Source of the DNA: Minisyncoccota bacterium
GTDB taxonomy: Bacteria; Patescibacteriota; Minisyncoccia; Phycocordibacterales; UBA9973
Direction: 5' to 3'
NCBI GenBank assembly: GCA_025453495.1
Contig: JALOQM010000001.1
Span: 90,732 to 154,731 of the forward strand
DNA length: 64,000 bases
The notes under the pieces are model-generated. The model saw only the letters and a list, made by a program, of their open reading frames with translations. It was not told the DNA's origin and searched no databases. Of this stretch, positions 9,821-19,092 are shown in pieces (within the stretch, counting starts at the first letter, position 1; the number at the start of each line of letters is the position of its first letter). A program made the translations under genes and the position numbers.

Positions 9821-10231
9821 ATGGATTCTTGCCTATTTTGCAAAATTAGCAACGGAGAAATCCCGTCTACAAAAGTGTACGAAGACGATACCGTTTTGTC
9901 TTTTTTGGATATTCATCCAGTCAATATTGGTCACACACTAGTGATTCCCAAAAAACATTATCCAAATCTATATATGCTTCCGGATGATATCCTCAAAGAA
10001 ATGTCCCCAATGATCAAAAAAATTGCTATCGCTATCAAAGAAAGTCTCGGTTGTGACGGTATCAATATCGCTATGAACAATGACAGCGCTGCCGGTCAGG
10101 TTATTGACCATGCACATATTCACATTATTCCCCGCCACGAGGGCGATGGTTTCGCTCATTGGAAAGGAAAGAGAAAATATACTGAAGATGAAATAGCGCA
10201 AACCGCTATTGCTATAAAAAATCAGCTGTAA
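9821..10231 (+). CDS. HIT family hydrolase
   Basis: CLFCKI, GHTLVIPKKH and HAHIHIIPR motifs. Confidence 0.95.
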   Translation: MDSCLFCKISNGEIPSTKVYEDDTVLSFLDIHPVNIGHTLVIPKKHYPNLYMLPDDILKEMSPMIKKIAIAIKESLGCDGINIAMNNDSAAGQVIDHAHIHIIPRHEGDGFAHWKGKRKYTEDEIAQTAIAIKNQL

Positions 10232-10250
10232 AAAAAATTATACTCTAGAT

Positions 10251-11024
10251 ATGAAAATAGTCTCTTGGAACACTAACGGCATACGCGCGACGTATAAACA
10301 AGGCTACTTCGAGCCAGTTTTTGCGAAGTTGAAACCAGATATCTTGTGCCTTCAAGAAACCAAGGCAGAACCCGAGCAGATGCCGGAAGAAGTCCGTAAT
10401 GTGAAGGGTTATTTCTCCTACTTTTCATACTCAAAAGTAAAAAAAGGCTACAGCGGCGTCGGCATCTACTCAAAGATTGAACCAAAAAAAGTCGAATATG
10501 GTATCGGTATTCCAAAATTTGACGACGAAGGACGTATTCTTATCGCACATTATGCTGACTTTGTGCTATTGAATGTGTATTTCCCAAACGGTGGCGGTGG
10601 ACCGGAGCGCCTCGCATATAAACTTGAGTTTTATGATGAATTCCTGAAGTTGATAAACAATCTTAAACGGAAAGATAAAAAAATTATTTTTTGTGGTGAT
10701 GTAAATACTGCTCATGAGGCAATTGATCTTGCTCGACCAAAGGAAAATGAAGAGAATACTGGATTCTTACCCGAAGAACGCGCGTGGCTCGATGAGGTGG
10801 TCGCCGCAGGCTATGTCGACGTATTCCGTCATTTCTATCCGACCAAAACCGGAGCCTATACCTACTGGGATATGAAGACGGCTGCGCGAGAGCGCAATGT
10901 CGGCTGGCGTATCGATTATTTTTTCACTTCTACAAATCTCTTACCTACGATAAAAGATATAAAAATCCACTCCAATATCTATGGGTCTGATCATTGTCCG
11001 ATTTCTCTGGAGATACAGCTCTAA
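10251..11024 (+). CDS. xth: Exodeoxyribonuclease III (AP endonuclease)
   Basis: SWNTNGIRA, LQETK, GDVNTAH, GWRIDY and GSDHCP motifs. Confidence 0.95.
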   Translation: MKIVSWNTNGIRATYKQGYFEPVFAKLKPDILCLQETKAEPEQMPEEVRNVKGYFSYFSYSKVKKGYSGVGIYSKIEPKKVEYGIGIPKFDDEGRILIAHYADFVLLNVYFPNGGGGPERLAYKLEFYDEFLKLINNLKRKDKKIIFCGDVNTAHEAIDLARPKENEENTGFLPEERAWLDEVVAAGYVDVFRHFYPTKTGAYTYWDMKTAARERNVGWRIDYFFTSTNLLPTIKDIKIHSNIYGSDHCPISLEIQL

Positions 11025-11032
11025 AAAATTTA

Positions 11033-11060
11033 TTGACTACAGAATATATTGTGTTATTAT
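11033..11060 (+). promoter_or_regulatory. sigma70 promoter with extended -10
   Basis: TTGACT-16 nt-(TGt)TATTAT. Confidence 0.55.
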
Positions 11061-11125
11061 GTTTTCTACCTTGAAAAACAAGGTTAGTTCATTCAAAAAA
11101 ATGTCTCATTCTTAAAAAGAACACT

Positions 11126-11587
11126 ATGAATAACCAAGACTTATTTCAGATTGGTAGGCCGATTCTTACCAAGAAGCCTGATGGTACTGAATACCCTGAT
11201 CACTCAAACCACTATCCTGTAAAATTTGATACCGCTGTGACATGCGAAAGATTAAACGAATGTTTAGTAATATTGAGGGAAAAACACTACCTTGTTCCAG
11301 TTCCAGTAACTGAATTCAAAAACACAAGATATCCACGTGGCAAAAATTTTGTGCATCTTATTTTTGGCAATACAATGATTGGGACAGCAGACCCCATCGA
11401 GAATAATACTAGTATGCCTTTTTATATGGTTGCGGAAATCAAATGGAACGGAAAAATGAGCGAACCAAATAAGAATGGTTTACTCTTTAGAAGGACTGGG
11501 GTGCTCTGGAAAAGACACAAGATGCCAGTTCTGATGTTTATCAAACTTACAGATAGAGAAATTGAAGCTATGAATGATAATTCCTAG
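11126..11587 (+). CDS. Hypothetical protein (orphan)
   Basis: 153-aa ORF with its own promoter and downstream terminator; no recognised motif. Confidence 0.65.
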   Translation: MNNQDLFQIGRPILTKKPDGTEYPDHSNHYPVKFDTAVTCERLNECLVILREKHYLVPVPVTEFKNTRYPRGKNFVHLIFGNTMIGTADPIENNTSMPFYMVAEIKWNGKMSEPNKNGLLFRRTGVLWKRHKMPVLMFIKLTDREIEAMNDNS

Positions 11588-11652
11588 CCTAAAGTCGTGA
11601 GCATTACATAATCTGAAATATTGATTTAGCAATAAAAGTACTAACCACCACA

Positions 11653-11685
11653 ATCCCCGTCTGTTTTCATAGACGGGGATTTTTA
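11653..11685 (+). terminator. Intrinsic terminator
   Basis: AATCCCCGTCTG-ttttca-TAGACGGGGATT followed by Ts. Confidence 0.7.
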
Positions 11686-11808
11686 AAATGAAAATATTCA
11701 ACGCTCTAGAATTGAGATAACAATTAATTGAAAGCAAAAAAAATCTGTAGAAGTTTTCAAAACCTAGTATATCTATCACAAAACACTCCCTTTATGGGGC
11801 GTTTTTTA

Positions 11809-13281
11809 TTACACGAAATGTTTTTTACGAATCGCGGCAAGTTCTGCTTCTTCAGCTTCTTCTTTTTTTTCTTTACCCTTATCACCAAGAGATCGTAGCT
11901 CGATATCAGATAATGCATCTAGTTCTCGTGCCCGCTCTACAAGGTACTCAGGAGTATTTTTACTATCATCCGTTAGACATTCTTCAAGCAAAGCGTGGAG
12001 CATCCACCCCATTCGTGGACCTGGTTGTATGCCGATTTCCATAAGTTTTGCCCCATCGATTTTGAGCATACCGACAGATGTTGGTGCGCGCAATGCTTCT
12101 TCAATCATGGCGTGATATTTGCGCAAACGATAGGGTGCCTCTTTTTTCTTCATACCCACACGATCGCACTCTCGAACCTCCATGAGATCCCAAATATTCT
12201 CACGCCCGACATTCACAATCGTTCTTCTGACAGCAGAAAGAGTAATTTGTTCTGTGTCTGAGAAAAACATGTGGTGTCTGACTAGTTTTTCTACTTTCTC
12301 CCCCGTTTCACGTGAAAATTTCAAACGCTCCATAATTTTTCGCACCATACGAGCACCGACAACTTCGTGACCGTAAAACGTATATTTTCCTCTCCCTCCA
12401 GCTTTTGATCCATCCCACCGCCTGGTTCGAGGCTTTCCAATATCGTGAAACAAGGCGGAAAGACAAATATCAAATGGCTTTTCTTTTTGAGCTGCATGGT
12501 CAAGTGCATGCAGCATATGCTCAAAAACATCATAAATATGCTCACCTTTCTGCTCAACACCAACCCCTTCTTCTAATTCTGGAATAAAGTACTTGAGAAG
12601 ACCGTACTTATGAAGCAACCGAATTCCCTTTGCTGGTTCACGTGAAACTACTATTTTGGTGAACTCGTCACGGATTCGCTCGATAGAAATAGCTTTAATC
12701 AAATGACTATTTTCGACAATAGCTCTTTCTGTGATTGGATCAATCTCAAAACCGAGCTGGACAGCAAATCTCACCGCTCGAAGCATACGAAGTGCGTCTT
12801 CTCTAAAACGCTCATTTGCATTCCCTACTGATCGGATAATTTTGTCTTTTATATCTTCTTGTCCTTTATATAAATCAATTATTTGTCCTTTAGAATCAAG
12901 TGCAAGTGCGTTTATTGTAAAATCTCGTCTTTTAAGGTCATCTTCTATATTTTGGCTAAAAATTATGCTGTCAGGGTGCCTATTATCACTGTATTTCCCT
13001 TCTATACGAAATGGTGTAACTTCTATTATTTTTGCTGTTTCATCACTTACTGTTTCATGAGTAACAGCAACTGTACCAAAAATGTTCTCATACACAGTTT
13101 TCGGAAAAAAAGAGATAATTTGCTCGGGAATCGCATTTGTTGTTATATCCCAATCCTTGGGTTTTCTATCCATAAGCAAATCACGGACACATCCGCCGAC
13201 CAAGTATGCCAAAAAACCCTCATTTTCGAGAGTTTTTGTTACTTGTGAAACTTCTACTGGAATGAAAAATTGATGTTTCAT
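11809..13281 (-). CDS. cca: CCA-adding tRNA nucleotidyltransferase / poly(A) polymerase family with HD domain
   Basis: LVGGCVRD..DWDITT, DLKRRDFTINA, EDALRMLRAVRF and HDIGKP motifs; start MKHQFF because the longer ORF runs into the tRNA. Confidence 0.9.
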   Translation of the reverse strand: MKHQFFIPVEVSQVTKTLENEGFLAYLVGGCVRDLLMDRKPKDWDITTNAIPEQIISFFPKTVYENIFGTVAVTHETVSDETAKIIEVTPFRIEGKYSDNRHPDSIIFSQNIEDDLKRRDFTINALALDSKGQIIDLYKGQEDIKDKIIRSVGNANERFREDALRMLRAVRFAVQLGFEIDPITERAIVENSHLIKAISIERIRDEFTKIVVSREPAKGIRLLHKYGLLKYFIPELEEGVGVEQKGEHIYDVFEHMLHALDHAAQKEKPFDICLSALFHDIGKPRTRRWDGSKAGGRGKYTFYGHEVVGARMVRKIMERLKFSRETGEKVEKLVRHHMFFSDTEQITLSAVRRTIVNVGRENIWDLMEVRECDRVGMKKKEAPYRLRKYHAMIEEALRAPTSVGMLKIDGAKLMEIGIQPGPRMGWMLHALLEECLTDDSKNTPEYLVERARELDALSDIELRSLGDKGKEKKEEAEEAELAAIRKKHFV

Positions 13282-13358
13282 GAATAACAAGGGCGAATCA
13301 TGATTTACAAAAACACACAGTACTAAAAAATCATTACTAGTACTGTTTTCTCTATATG

Positions 13359-13430
13359 CGCGCCCGGCAGGATTCGAACCCACAATAACGGTTCCGAAGA
13401 CCGTTGTGATATCCATTTCACTACGGGCGC
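13359..13430 (-). tRNA. tRNA-Arg(TCG)
   Basis: Cloverleaf GCGCCCG...ACGGT-CTTCGGA-ACCGT...GTTCGAATCC...CGGGCGC; no encoded CCA. Confidence 0.92.
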
Positions 13431-13510
13431 ACTTTTATGATTATTACACAAAATTGTCGATAAATCTATTTGTATAGTTTTTTATACATGCTAGAATTCC
13501 AATGTTAATT

Positions 13511-13584
13511 GCGGGTATAGTTTAGTGGTAGAATGACTGCCTTCCAAGCAGTAGACGGGAGTTCGATTCTCCCTACCCGCACCA
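13511..13584 (+). tRNA. tRNA-Gly(TCC)
   Basis: GCGGGTA...ACTGC-CTTCCAA-GCAGT...GTTCGATTC...TACCCGCACCA. Confidence 0.95.
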
Positions 13585-14116
13585 TAATAAATTCTATTGC
13601 CGATAGAAAAACTAGACATTTCCTACAGTGTTTTCAAGCACTCCATCCGATTTATATAAATTTACAAATTACATTTGCCATATAAAGTCGCACAAAAGAA
13701 GCAGAAGTAGGATAACTCAGACCAATTTTTATCAAAAATGCATAATTCATTACTGTCCTCGGAAAGATATAAATATTTACTGGTAAATACGTCATGCAGA
13801 CTTTTTTCATCTATAAAAGACAAAAAAGTGTCTAATTAAACTTGAGGCACTATAGAAATAAATCAATAAAACATATGCTGAAATTTCTTATAAAATTCAA
13901 TAAAAATTGTGGATAACTCTGTGCATAGTTTATAAAGGACATAAAAAATGCACTTTAACAAAACTTGAGTCCTTTTGTGTAGAATATGATAATACCCTTT
14001 ATTATCAATACTTTTATAGCAATTTATGATTAGAAAACATATTTATAAAATGATAAATAGTTACATAATAAGTTATTAACAGATTTAGTTTCACATGAAA
14101 CATATAAAAGTTATTC

Positions 14117-14515
14117 ATGAAACTTTTTACTTCAAAAAATCAAAAAATAGGTGAGTTAGGAGAGAATATAGCTTGTAGATTTCTTAAAAATAGAGGTTTT
14201 GAAATACTTGAAAGAAACTACACACGAAGATACGGTGAGATTGACATAGTTGCGAAATATAGCAAAATAATTCATTTTGTCGAAGTAAAGACTGTTTCAT
14301 GTGAAATTACTGATGCTACTTTACCTGAGACAGTAATTCGTCCGGAAGAAAACATGCATGAAAGGAAATTACATAGGTTTCAAAATACAGTCCATTCGTA
14401 TCTTGCAAATAATGAAATTAATGATGGGACACCCTGGCAAATAGACCTTGTTTGTGTCTATCTTGATCTTGATAGCAACAAAGCTAGGGTAAATATACTA
14501 GAAAACATATTATAA
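14117..14515 (+). CDS. YraN family (UPF0102) PD-(D/E)XK protein
   Basis: GELGENIACRFL, ILERNY and GEIDIVA..IHFVEVK motifs. Confidence 0.9.
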   Translation: MKLFTSKNQKIGELGENIACRFLKNRGFEILERNYTRRYGEIDIVAKYSKIIHFVEVKTVSCEITDATLPETVIRPEENMHERKLHRFQNTVHSYLANNEINDGTPWQIDLVCVYLDLDSNKARVNILENIL

Positions 14516-14647
14516 GTGTTTTTCTTTTTATAAAATTATGCTAGTATGTGAATCGTCTTTGTTTTTTGAAGTACAACCTACAGACAAGAAATAAGTTCAG
14601 AAGCTAGATTTTCAAAATATATTTACAAAAGGCGCAGAGAGTGATAT

Positions 14648-14720
14648 CGGGGTGTGGTGTAACGGCTAACATTCCTGTTTTGGGAACAGGCGACTCAGGG
14701 TTCGAATCCCTGCACCCCGA
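14648..14720 (+). tRNA. tRNA-Pro(TGG)
   Basis: CGGGGTG...CCTGT-TTTGGGA-ACAGG...GTTCGAATCC...CACCCCGA. Confidence 0.92.
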
Positions 14721-14735
14721 CCCGGTGAGTGTATT

Positions 14736-14806
14736 GCGGGTATGGTTTAGTGGTAGAATGCGTCCTTGCCAAGGACGAGACGGGAGTTCGATTCTCCCTA
14801 CCCGCA
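14736..14806 (+). tRNA. tRNA-Gly(GCC)
   Basis: GCGGGTA...CGTCC-TTGCCAA-GGACG...GTTCGATTC...TACCCGCA. Confidence 0.95.
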
Positions 14807-14812
14807 CAAAAA

Positions 14813-15646
14813 GTGAAAGAAAAAGATTTCGTTAGGGTTGTTTATCAATATTATAAAAAACATGGCCGAGATAGACTCCCGTGGCGCTTTCCTGCACTAA
14901 AAATTAATAAAAAAGGTGACATCGATCCATATGCCATACTTGTTTCTGAGGTAATGCTGCAGCAAACCCAGGTAGATAGAGTAATTCCGAAGTATCAGGC
15001 ATTCATGAAAAAATTTCCGACAGTTGAGAAATTAGCACAATCGAAACTCGATTCTGTGCTGACTCTATGGAGTGGCCTTGGGTACAATAGAAGAGCTAAG
15101 TTCTTGAAACGTGCGGCAGAGAAAATAGCCCATGAGTATAATGGAAAGTTTCCAAGAAATCGTGCTGCAATTGATGATTTACCAGGAGTAGGAGAGTATA
15201 CTGCCGGAGCCATATGTGCCTTTGCATTTAACCTTCCTGAACTATTTCTTGAAACAAATATTCGTTCGGTGTATATACATCATTTTTTCCCTGGACGAAA
15301 TGATGTTCATGACAAAGAACTCTTGCCATTACTCGAAAAGACGGTGGATAAAAAGAAGCCCCGCGAATGGTATGCCGCACTTATGGACTATGGTGCGCAT
15401 ATCAAATCTCAAACAATAAACCCAAATCGTCGGAGCACTAATCATAAAAGACAACCGAAATTCTCTGGTTCATTACGTGAGGTACGCGGAAAAATACTCA
15501 AATATATGGTCGAAAATGGCTTTTTAGCCACTACTATGGTGTCTTTTATAGAATCAGATGGCGAAAAAGCAAAAGAAGCGATTGAAGGGCTTTTATCAGA
15601 TGGACTTATAAGAGTTGCTGCAAAAGGTTTTCGTCTTTCTAGTTAA
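14813..15646 (+). CDS. mutY: A/G-specific adenine glycosylase (HhH-GPD, MutY-like, short, no Fe-S motif)
   Basis: LPWR, LVSEVMLQQTQV, WSGLGYNRRA and LPGVGEYTAGAI motifs; GTG start just after the tRNA. Confidence 0.85.
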   Translation: MKEKDFVRVVYQYYKKHGRDRLPWRFPALKINKKGDIDPYAILVSEVMLQQTQVDRVIPKYQAFMKKFPTVEKLAQSKLDSVLTLWSGLGYNRRAKFLKRAAEKIAHEYNGKFPRNRAAIDDLPGVGEYTAGAICAFAFNLPELFLETNIRSVYIHHFFPGRNDVHDKELLPLLEKTVDKKKPREWYAALMDYGAHIKSQTINPNRRSTNHKRQPKFSGSLREVRGKILKYMVENGFLATTMVSFIESDGEKAKEAIEGLLSDGLIRVAAKGFRLSS

Positions 15647-15745
15647 TCACAAAATTGAGCTGATTTTCCAGCACTATATTCCCATTGACAGAATTATCTG
15701 CTATTATAAAGATATTATTATTTTTAAATATTTATTTTTAATATT

Positions 15746-16030
15746 ATGGCAACGAAAATGACCAAGTCACAGATCATCAGCACGCTCGCTGACAAGTTTG
15801 GCAAGACAAAAAAGGAAGTGTCAGAAATGATCGACGCGCTCGTTACGATGGCATACCAGGAAACAAAGAAAAACGGTGAGTTCACTATTCCTGGTCTTGG
15901 TAAACTTCAGAAGAAGGCACGCGCAGCACGCATGGGTCGCAATCCTGCAACAGGTGAGCAGATCCAAATCCCAGCCCGCACAGTAGTAAAATTCCGCATC
16001 GCAAAGGCAGCAAAGGAAGCGATTCTCTAA
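15746..16030 (+). CDS. hup: HU DNA-binding protein
   Basis: IPGLGKL...ARMGRNPATGEQIQIPA...KFR. Confidence 0.95.
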   Translation: MATKMTKSQIISTLADKFGKTKKEVSEMIDALVTMAYQETKKNGEFTIPGLGKLQKKARAARMGRNPATGEQIQIPARTVVKFRIAKAAKEAIL

Positions 16031-16047
16031 TTCTCTCAAAGAATTGC

Positions 16048-16083
16048 TTACAAAAAAACCCGCACCTGCGGGTTTTTTTGTAA
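16048..16083. terminator. Bidirectional terminator between hup and rny
   Basis: TTACAAAAAAACCCGCA-cc-TGCGGGTTTTTTTGTAA. Confidence 0.8.
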
Positions 16084-16084
16084 A

Positions 16085-17611
16085 CTATCTCGCGTATTCA
16101 ATAATACGAGTTTCACGAATCATGATAACTTTAATCTCACCAGGATACTTCAAATCACTCTCTATTTTGAGCGCTATCTCGCGTGCAAGATGTTTTGCTT
16201 CAATATCAGATACTTTTTCTGGTGTTGCAAAGACACGTACTTCACGCCCCGCGGAGAGTACATACGACTTCTCCACGCCAGAAAATCCATTAACAACTGC
16301 TTCAAGATCAGCAAGACGTTTGAGGTAATTTTCTACCGTATCGCGACGCGCACCTGGTCTGCCACCTGAGATTGCATCTGCAGTTTGGACAATAATGGAC
16401 TCAATTGTCTCATATGGATAATCTTCGTGATGCGATTTCATTGCAGTAATCACACGTGGATCAGCACCAAACTTCTGGAGGATACGCATACCGATTTCGA
16501 CATGAGTGCCCTGTACTTCGTGATCAAGAGCTTTACCAATATCGTGTACAAGTGCGCCCGCTTTTGCTATCTGCACATCAGCACTGAGCTCTTCTGCGAT
16601 CATGCCTGCAATATGCGCCATTTCTACTGAGTGCTGAAGGACATTTTGTCCATAACTCGTACGGAAGTGTAGACGACCTAAGATAGCGACAATACGTGGA
16701 TCAAAATTAAATATGCCGCATTCATAGACTGCTTGTTCACCTTTTTCTTTTATAATTTTGTTTATTTCTTCTTTTGCTTTTTCTACCATTTCTTCAATCT
16801 TCGCAGGCTGGATACGTCCATCGGCAATAAGGTTTTCAAGTGCAACGCGCGCCACTTGCCTGCGTACTGGATCAAAAGAGGAAATAACAATAGCCCCCGG
16901 TGTGTCATCAACAATAAGCTCAACACCAGCAGCTCTTTCAAATGCTCTGATATTTCGTCCTTCCTTGCCGATCACTTTGCCTTTGATCTCTTCTGAGGGA
17001 ATAGTGACATTTGTTGTCATGAGCTCAGCTGCGGTCGAAGAAGCAAGTCGCTGGATTGATGAGGCTAGAATATCTTTGGCTCGACGGTCTATTTTTTCAT
17101 CATTCGTTTGCTCAAGTTTTTGTGTACGAACAAGTAGATCCTCCTCATATTTTGCTTCCATTTGCTTGAAGAGTACTTCTTTTGCTTCAGTTTCAGAAAG
17201 TCGAGCAATCGATTCAAGTTCAGCAAATTTCTGCTTCTCAAGATTATCTGCTCGCTCTTTTATGAGCTTCACTTCCTCTGCTTTTTCTTTTATATGTTCT
17301 ACTTCCTTGTCTATTTCTGTCTGTCTTGCATCAAGTAATTCTTCTTTTTTGATAAGACGATCTTCTGTTTTTTTGTATTCTAATTCTTTATGTTTCTCTT
17401 CATCACGAAGCTCTGTCATCTTATCGTCTACCTTCTTTTTTGCATCATCGAGAATTCGCTGCGCTTCTTCTTTGGCGCCGATCAGCATCTGCTTGATCTC
17501 AAGCTCCATTGAGCCTCGCTTACCAAGCGAAATGATGAGACGCAGGTAATAGCCCAGCACCAAACCGGTGAGCAGGGCTCCTGCCGATATAAAAATTGTT
17601 AATAAATCCAT
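16085..17611 (-). CDS. rny: Ribonuclease Y
   Basis: N-terminal TM, coiled coil, KH motif (KGKVIGKEGRNIR), HD motifs (RTSYGQN, HDIGK) and ADAISGGRPGAR. Confidence 0.97.
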   Translation of the reverse strand: MDLLTIFISAGALLTGLVLGYYLRLIISLGKRGSMELEIKQMLIGAKEEAQRILDDAKKKVDDKMTELRDEEKHKELEYKKTEDRLIKKEELLDARQTEIDKEVEHIKEKAEEVKLIKERADNLEKQKFAELESIARLSETEAKEVLFKQMEAKYEEDLLVRTQKLEQTNDEKIDRRAKDILASSIQRLASSTAAELMTTNVTIPSEEIKGKVIGKEGRNIRAFERAAGVELIVDDTPGAIVISSFDPVRRQVARVALENLIADGRIQPAKIEEMVEKAKEEINKIIKEKGEQAVYECGIFNFDPRIVAILGRLHFRTSYGQNVLQHSVEMAHIAGMIAEELSADVQIAKAGALVHDIGKALDHEVQGTHVEIGMRILQKFGADPRVITAMKSHHEDYPYETIESIIVQTADAISGGRPGARRDTVENYLKRLADLEAVVNGFSGVEKSYVLSAGREVRVFATPEKVSDIEAKHLAREIALKIESDLKYPGEIKVIMIRETRIIEYAR

Positions 17612-17800
17612 GTTGGTGTCCGTCAAACGAACCAGCAATCAGTGTACACACTCAACAAAAGCCAGATACTACTGTGCGAAATGTAGGGTAATTCGATTTT
17701 TTCTATTCGTTCATACTGATCTTGAAGGTTGCTAAAACGTCAAATTATTTTTTATAAGGTTGCATGCCCATAATAACAGAAATTTTTTCGATAGCTACTA

Positions 17801-17836
17801 CTACAAAAAACCGCCATTGTCGGCGGTTTTTTGTAG
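17801..17836. terminator. clpP terminator
   Basis: CTACAAAAAACCGCC-attgtc-GGCGGTTTTTTGTAG. Confidence 0.75.
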
Positions 17837-18436
17837 TTACTTTGTAGATGTGGATAACTTCGCTTTTTCAAGAACTCCGTCAATAATGCCATACTTTTTT
17901 GCCTCATCACTCGACATAAAGAAATCTCGCTCGACGTCCTTTTCGATCTGAGAGAGCTTTTGACCAGTATTTTTGGCAAGTAATTGATTGAGATCAGAAC
18001 GCATCTTAAGGATACGACGTGCCGAAATCTCAATATCGGTCGCTTGGCCTTCTGCACCACCATGTGGTTGATGGATCATGACTTCAGAGTTTGGTAGCGC
18101 ATACCGCTTACCCTTCGCACCACCGGCAAGCAGAAATGCACCCATTGATGCTGCCATACCGACGCAAATCGTAGAAACGTCAGGTTTTATAAACTGCATA
18201 GTATCATAAATGGCAAACCCAGAAGTAATTGACCCACCTGGGGAGTTGATATATAGATGAATATCTTTTTTCGGATCCTCATTTGCAAGGAAAAGGAGCT
18301 GAGCAATGACGATATTGGCGACATGGTCATCAATCGGACCACCAAGAAAGATGATTCGTTCTCGAAGTAGTCGCGAATAAATATCATAGGCGCGCTCACC
18401 GAATTGCGATTTTTCTATAACTGTTGGTATAAGCAT
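17837..18436 (-). CDS. clpP: ATP-dependent Clp protease proteolytic subunit
   Basis: [22 protein letters not shown] and MIHQP motifs. Confidence 0.98.
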   Translation of the reverse strand: MLIPTVIEKSQFGERAYDIYSRLLRERIIFLGGPIDDHVANIVIAQLLFLANEDPKKDIHLYINSPGGSITSGFAIYDTMQFIKPDVSTICVGMAASMGAFLLAGGAKGKRYALPNSEVMIHQPHGGAEGQATDIEISARRILKMRSDLNQLLAKNTGQKLSQIEKDVERDFFMSSDEAKKYGIIDGVLEKAKLSTSTK

Positions 18437-18506
18437 GGGTTTATTTTATCTTATTTTTTAAGTGAAAACAGTATACAAGTGCTGATTTTGTCTGTCTAGT
18501 GATATA

Positions 18507-18534
18507 TTGACAAAAATATTGTATATGCTATAAT
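18507..18534 (+). promoter_or_regulatory. Consensus sigma70 promoter with extended -10
   Basis: TTGACA-16 nt-(TGc)TATAAT. Confidence 0.75.
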
Positions 18535-18629
18535 AAGCTCAGATTTAAATAAGCTCTTTGTATATAGAGTAACGGACTTATGCACCTGACGCATATTGAT
18601 GAACAACCTTAAATCAATCCAGACATACC

Positions 18630-19088
18630 ATGAAAACTACTCTCAAACTTTTCCTTTTTCTGATCCTCGCGATTGGAGCAACATCATGCTCATTGAACCA
18701 GAACAACAACGTGGCTGTTCCGATTCATACGACAATTTCTCCTGCTCTTGCAGGTCAAGTCTTTTTTATTGGAGACCCGGGTCATCCTGGAAACTACCCC
18801 GGCGCCTATTCACCCAACGGTCCAGGGATACTTGTTCCTGTAAGTTTTGATGGGTTTACAATAGCACCCATTACTAATTTTACATTCGGACCAGCTCTCC
18901 AGGGGTATACCACACACGAGAGCATAAAGACTGTTTACGACAATGCAGTCAATAACTATTTTCGGTTAAGCGGAGGGATTCGACCCATCGACGATGGGAT
19001 CAAAATTGTTATGAGAATAAATTTTGTACAAAATTCTCAAAACAATAATCAATTAAGTACTGCTATCGAATACTACTATACTCGGTAA
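18630..19088 (+). CDS. Hypothetical lipoprotein-like protein (orphan)
   Basis: MKTTLKLFLFLILAIGATS-C lipobox-like signal; own promoter and terminator. Confidence 0.7.
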   Translation: MKTTLKLFLFLILAIGATSCSLNQNNNVAVPIHTTISPALAGQVFFIGDPGHPGNYPGAYSPNGPGILVPVSFDGFTIAPITNFTFGPALQGYTTHESIKTVYDNAVNNYFRLSGGIRPIDDGIKIVMRINFVQNSQNNNQLSTAIEYYYTR

Positions 19089-19092
19089 AAGG

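Larger units (their letters stand above)
12304..14308. promoter_or_regulatory. Cluster of parS-like palindromes
   Basis: 12-14/16 matches to TGTTTCACGTGAAACA at 12304, 12634, 13051, 13237, 13274, 14087 and 14293. Confidence 0.65.

Noticed and set aside
13511-14806. Near-identical direct repeats that could be attL/attR of an island
   Set aside because: Both are complete tRNA-Gly isoacceptors differing mainly in the anticodon arm, and no integrase is nearby
16758-17549. Long antisense ORFs (e.g. 263 aa opposite rny, 220 aa opposite nusA, 210 aa opposite holA)
   Set aside because: These are shadow frames of well-supported genes, with Ser/Phe-rich composition
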